Below, piece after piece: positions 60,103 to 64,000 of a DNA stretch of 64,000 nucleotides. Numbering within the stretch: the stretch's first letter is position 1; each line of letters begins with the position of its first letter. Below the pieces are notes generated by a model, which saw only the letters and a list, made by a program, of their open reading frames with translations, ran no database searches and was not told the origin of the DNA. The position numbers and the translations under genes were made by a program. The DNA is from Trichormus sp. ATA11-4-KO1. GTDB taxonomy: Bacteria > Cyanobacteriota > Cyanobacteriia > Cyanobacteriales > Nostocaceae. The DNA lies in NCBI GenBank assembly GCA_019358915.1, contig JAHHIM010000001.1, positions 32,001 through 96,000 of the forward strand, given 5' to 3'.

Positions 60103-63100
60103 TTATTCTACTGCTCCCAAGATGTGTAAAGTTGCTTTCTGGGTCGCGGTTAAACCTGTAACACCTTTAATGTTCATCCCTTCATAGGGACGGGGCGATC
60201 GCAATGTCTGTAAACACTTGCCTGTGGCTATGTCCCAAAGCCGAATCGTTTCATCTTGACTTCCACTGGCGAGGATCTGTCCGTGAGGGTGGAAGGTAAC
60301 TGCCCAAATCCAATTCGTGTGCCCCACGATGGTGTTCAAACATTCTCCTGTATGGCTATCCCAAAGCTTAATGGTTTGATCATGACTCACGCTAGCCAGC
60401 TGATTGCCTTGGGGACTAAACTTAACATCGGTCACAGTTTTGGTATGTCCGTGCAAATTTTGTTGGCATTTCCCTGTTTTGACATCCCATAAGTTCACTG
60501 TGTTTTCTATACCTCCCCCGACCAGTTTTTGCCCATCTGGACTGAAGGCGATGGCACCAAACCAACTCTGATGTCCTGGTACTACTTTGAGAGGTTGACC
60601 TGTCTGGACATCCCATAAATAAATGCTATTATCGCTGCTACTAGCTAACAATTGCCCATCTGGACTCCAGGCAACTGAGAACACCCAATTTGAATTCCCT
60701 TCTAAAGTCTTGAGGCATTGACCAGTTTTGACATTCCACAGTTTTATTGTCTTGTCTGCACTCCCACTAGCAAGAGTTTGACCATCTGGGCTACAGGTTA
60801 GTGAAAATACAAAACTTGTATGTCCTGGTAAAGTTCTTAAACATTGCCCTGTATTTACATCCCAAATGCGAATAGTCTGATCGCAGCTGCCACTAAAAAG
60901 AGTTTGACCATCCGTACTAAAGACCAATGCCATCACTTCCCGAGTATGCCCATGCAAATGTTTTCGACACTTGCCAGTGGCGATATCCCAAATTCTAATG
61001 ATGTTGCCAGTATTACTAGCTAAAAGCTGACCATTAGAACTAAAAGCCACAGAGTAAACAAAAGTTGGATACCCCTGCAATGTTTTGATGCATTGTCCTG
61101 TGGAAATTTGCCATAATTTTACACTTTGGTCTTCGGCGGCACTTGCCAAAATTTGGCTATCAGGACTAAAGTCAACTGACCAGACACGACCAGAGTGACC
61201 AAATAAGGTTTGGATGCACTGTCCTGTATTAATATCCCACAAGCTAATTGAAGGCAATTCGCTGGCGATCGCTAGGTTGTGACCATTAGGACTAAAGGCA
61301 ACTGACCACACAAATTCAATTTGCTTGCCTTGTAAGGTTCGCCAGCATTTACCTGTAGCTACATCCCACAGTTTCACCGTTTTGTCTTGACTCCCACTAG
61401 CTAAGGTTTTGCCATCAGGACTGAAGGTAACTGACCAAACTCCTTGAGTATGTTCTGACAAAGTGTACAGACATTCACCCGTGCTAATATCCCAGAGTTT
61501 TACGGTGTTGTCGTCACTCCCAGTTGCTAGAATTGCCCCATCTGGGCTAAAGGCAACTGGACGAACAATATTTGTGTGTCCTCGCAATGTTTTCAGACAT
61601 TGACCGCTATTGACATCCCAGAGCTTGACTGTGTGGTCGGCTCTATTACTAGCCAGCAAGGTGCCATCTGGGCTAAAGTTAACTGACCAACCACGCACGG
61701 CATCTTCTTGTAAGGTGTGCAGGCAATCACCTGTGCTGACATCCCACACCTTGACAGTGCCATCGTCACAGCAACTTGCCAGAGTTTTGCCATCTTTAGT
61801 AAAGGTCACTGCCCAAACCCAGCCGAGATGTCCTTCAAAGCTTTGCAGTTGTTGCAAATTGTCCACATTCCACAGACGGACTCCACCATTGGCATCACTG
61901 GTAGCGAGGAATTTGCCATCGGGACTGAATTCTACCCACAAGATGTTCACCAGAGCTTCACTAAACGTTGATTTATTGAACTCGGCGTTGGTAAAATTTA
62001 CCTGCGGTAAGTTAGCGCCTTGAAGGTCAGCTTGCCAAATCGTTAAATTAGAAAAATCGTAGCCTGTAAAATCTACTTGCAGTTGACGCAGTAAGTTGAT
62101 TGTATTACCACTGGCGTATCCGGGGATTGTTGCAGATTTTTCCCGCAGTTTTACAATAACGTTATCAAGTTTTTGTTTAATTGCTGCTTGGGTTCTCAAG
62201 CTAATTTTTAACCTGCTCAAGATCGGTTGTACTATTACCCGGATCTGACTTTCTCGGACATAATCTTTGGCAGTAGCACATATCAGGGCGTAGGAATTGA
62301 ATAATTGGATGTTTCCCGTTGTCAGTTCCTCACAAACTTGATCAATAAGTTTCTTGATCATGTATTCCATGACCACAGTTTGTTGGGTATAGCTACCTGA
62401 GAGCCTTTCAATTAGCGATCGCCCCCGTAAAGACAACAGTGCTTCTAGCAGTTCCCGCTCGGAAATTTTTGGTATAATATCCTCTTGTAATTCCAGCAGT
62501 GTCACCCATTCCCGCTTCAGCGCTAGCCAGTACATTACTTGTTTTTCATGAGATGACAAGCGATGAAACTGTTGCTCTAACAGTTCCCAAATGTCGCCAA
62601 TGACAACTTGACCCTGTTGTGTAAATTCAGTAATATTCCCATCAAATAAAGTTTGAATTGTGGTTGCGGCAATTTTTAACGCCAGAGGATTGCCGGAATA
62701 ATAATGAATCAGCTGATTACATTCATCGGCGGAATTGACTAATCCCTTATCTGTAAAAATTTTTTGTGCTTCTGCTGGTTCCAAACCAGTTAGTTGTAGC
62801 GATCGCACCGGTAAGGTTTTACCTTCTCTGGCTGTGAAGCCACTTGGTTTTTCCCGACTTGTCAATACCAAACAACTTTGATGGGATTCATCTGCGACTC
62901 GTCTGCAAAGTTGACCATATTCTTCATATCCAGAACGATAGCGCCCAGCTTGTTCTCCACTCTGTAAAATTGACTCGACATTATCCAGGACAATCAGACA
63001 ACGTTGCCGACGTAGATACTTGATTAAGCAACAGATTTTCGCTTCTGTAGTTTCTGGTAAATTAACTTCTTGCTGCTGCGAAACAAATAAAATTATTTCT

Positions 63101-63648
63101 CTCAAAATATTAACTACGGGTGGCGCATTCCGGAGACTACGCCAAATTACGTAATCAAAATTACCCTGCACCCGTTCTGCTAACTTCACCGACAAAGCTG
63201 TTTTACCCATCCCGCCCATGCCTAGCAGCGCTACTAGGCGGCATTGATCATTCACAATCCATTGTTGCAGCAAGTTAAGCTCTGCGGTGCGTCCATAGAA
63301 GACAGAAACATCAATTGCTTCTCCCCAGTCTTGATGCTGCTGGGCAGATACTGGTGATTCTACTGACTTGTGACTACGAGACTCTGTTTTCAATAAGCGA
63401 GAATAACGCCGTCTTAAGACTGATTTAACATTATTTTTAGTGACATTTTCTCCCAACGCCTGGGAAAGAGTTTGCCATAACCTAAAACCTACGTCTCGGA
63501 TGTAATCATCGTCATAGCCTGAGCTTTCAGCAATCTGTGCATAGGTGTACCCTTCCCAAGACTTCCGGAGTACTAACTCTTGAGTATCAGTTAAAGGCTT
63601 TTGCTGCAACACTGTATCTAACAGTAGCATTGCAGCTTCATAAGTCAT
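60103..63648 (-). CDS. HTH-NB-ARC-pentapeptide-WD40 STAND (NLR-like) protein
   Basis: N-terminal HTH-like region, [29 protein letters not shown], then about 14 WD40 repeats; start 63648 or 63669. Confidence 0.93.
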   Translation of the reverse strand: MTYEAAMLLLDTVLQQKPLTDTQELVLRKSWEGYTYAQIAESSGYDDDYIRDVGFRLWQTLSQALGENVTKNNVKSVLRRRYSRLLKTESRSHKSVESPVSAQQHQDWGEAIDVSVFYGRTAELNLLQQWIVNDQCRLVALLGMGGMGKTALSVKLAERVQGNFDYVIWRSLRNAPPVVNILREIILFVSQQQEVNLPETTEAKICCLIKYLRRQRCLIVLDNVESILQSGEQAGRYRSGYEEYGQLCRRVADESHQSCLVLTSREKPSGFTAREGKTLPVRSLQLTGLEPAEAQKIFTDKGLVNSADECNQLIHYYSGNPLALKIAATTIQTLFDGNITEFTQQGQVVIGDIWELLEQQFHRLSSHEKQVMYWLALKREWVTLLELQEDIIPKISERELLEALLSLRGRSLIERLSGSYTQQTVVMEYMIKKLIDQVCEELTTGNIQLFNSYALICATAKDYVRESQIRVIVQPILSRLKISLRTQAAIKQKLDNVIVKLREKSATIPGYASGNTINLLRQLQVDFTGYDFSNLTIWQADLQGANLPQVNFTNAEFNKSTFSEALVNILWVEFSPDGKFLATSDANGGVRLWNVDNLQQLQSFEGHLGWVWAVTFTKDGKTLASCCDDGTVKVWDVSTGDCLHTLQEDAVRGWSVNFSPDGTLLASNRADHTVKLWDVNSGQCLKTLRGHTNIVRPVAFSPDGAILATGSDDNTVKLWDISTGECLYTLSEHTQGVWSVTFSPDGKTLASGSQDKTVKLWDVATGKCWRTLQGKQIEFVWSVAFSPNGHNLAIASELPSISLWDINTGQCIQTLFGHSGRVWSVDFSPDSQILASAAEDQSVKLWQISTGQCIKTLQGYPTFVYSVAFSSNGQLLASNTGNIIRIWDIATGKCRKHLHGHTREVMALVFSTDGQTLFSGSCDQTIRIWDVNTGQCLRTLPGHTSFVFSLTCSPDGQTLASGSADKTIKLWNVKTGQCLKTLEGNSNWVFSVAWSPDGQLLASSSDNSIYLWDVQTGQPLKVVPGHQSWFGAIAFSPDGQKLVGGGIENTVNLWDVKTGKCQQNLHGHTKTVTDVKFSPQGNQLASVSHDQTIKLWDSHTGECLNTIVGHTNWIWAVTFHPHGQILASGSQDETIRLWDIATGKCLQTLRSPRPYEGMNIKGVTGLTATQKATLHILGAVE

Positions 63649-64000
63649 GTCTATTGATCCCACAGGCATTAGGTAGAAGATGCTGAAACTACTGGCAAAT
63701 TAACTCTCTTTATATCAGTCTGGGAAACTTTCACGAAACTTTGCCGACTGAAACGACAGAAAATATCAGTTTTACCACTAGATTGACGAAAGAGTGTTTA
63801 TTTGATAATAAAGCTGATTTTAAGTTTATTTACGTAAAAAAATCATCTCTACTAGCAAAAACCTGATTTTTTATGATTTTTTCCCCTAGTAAACAAGTGC
63901 AGAACAAGGCATATATTCGTAGTGAGTAGATAAATGTTCTGTTCTGGCTCTAAAACCCAGTTTCCACAGGTGATTGATATTCGTGTATTTGAATACCTGA

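Noticed and set aside
1..64000. CRISPR array, cas genes, reverse transcriptase, integrase or full transposase
   Set aside because: No regularly spaced repeat-spacer array or diagnostic protein motifs seen; the repeats are STRR, HIP1, SDR or MITE types.

Overview
Chromosomal segment of a heterocyst-forming cyanobacterium (Nostocales-type). Support: many HIP1 octamers (GCGATCGC), heptameric STRR repeats, a patN-like gene and tRNA-Leu(UAA) with a group I intron. Most genes are housekeeping (proS, accB-efp, thiL, gap2, nadD, murC-murB-ybaB, smpB, gpmI-secG, ndhL-trpA, rbp-rpsU). There are also a cyanoexosortase/Wza/Wzc exopolysaccharide locus, a glycosyltransferase cassette, a dedicated J-domain/GrpE/Hsp70/TPR operon and an NB-ARC-WD40 protein. 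Main observations: (1) a probable 6S RNA gene split by three nested miniature mobile elements (56028-56573); (2) a Ser/Thr kinase-FGE(CLec) gene whose 3' end looks like a diversity-generating-retroelement variable region, with no RT/TR in the window; (3) tiny 21-24 nt repeat insertions read in-frame inside murC (at a HIP1 site) and an ArsR gene that also has a premature stop; (4) a 100-bp MITE with an 8-bp TSD that supplies a peptidase stop codon; (5) a GAF 'histidine kinase' lacking its catalytic His behind an NtcA-type promoter. No CRISPR array, rRNA, integrase or intact transposase was seen. Family assignments come from motif recognition and recall, not database searches.
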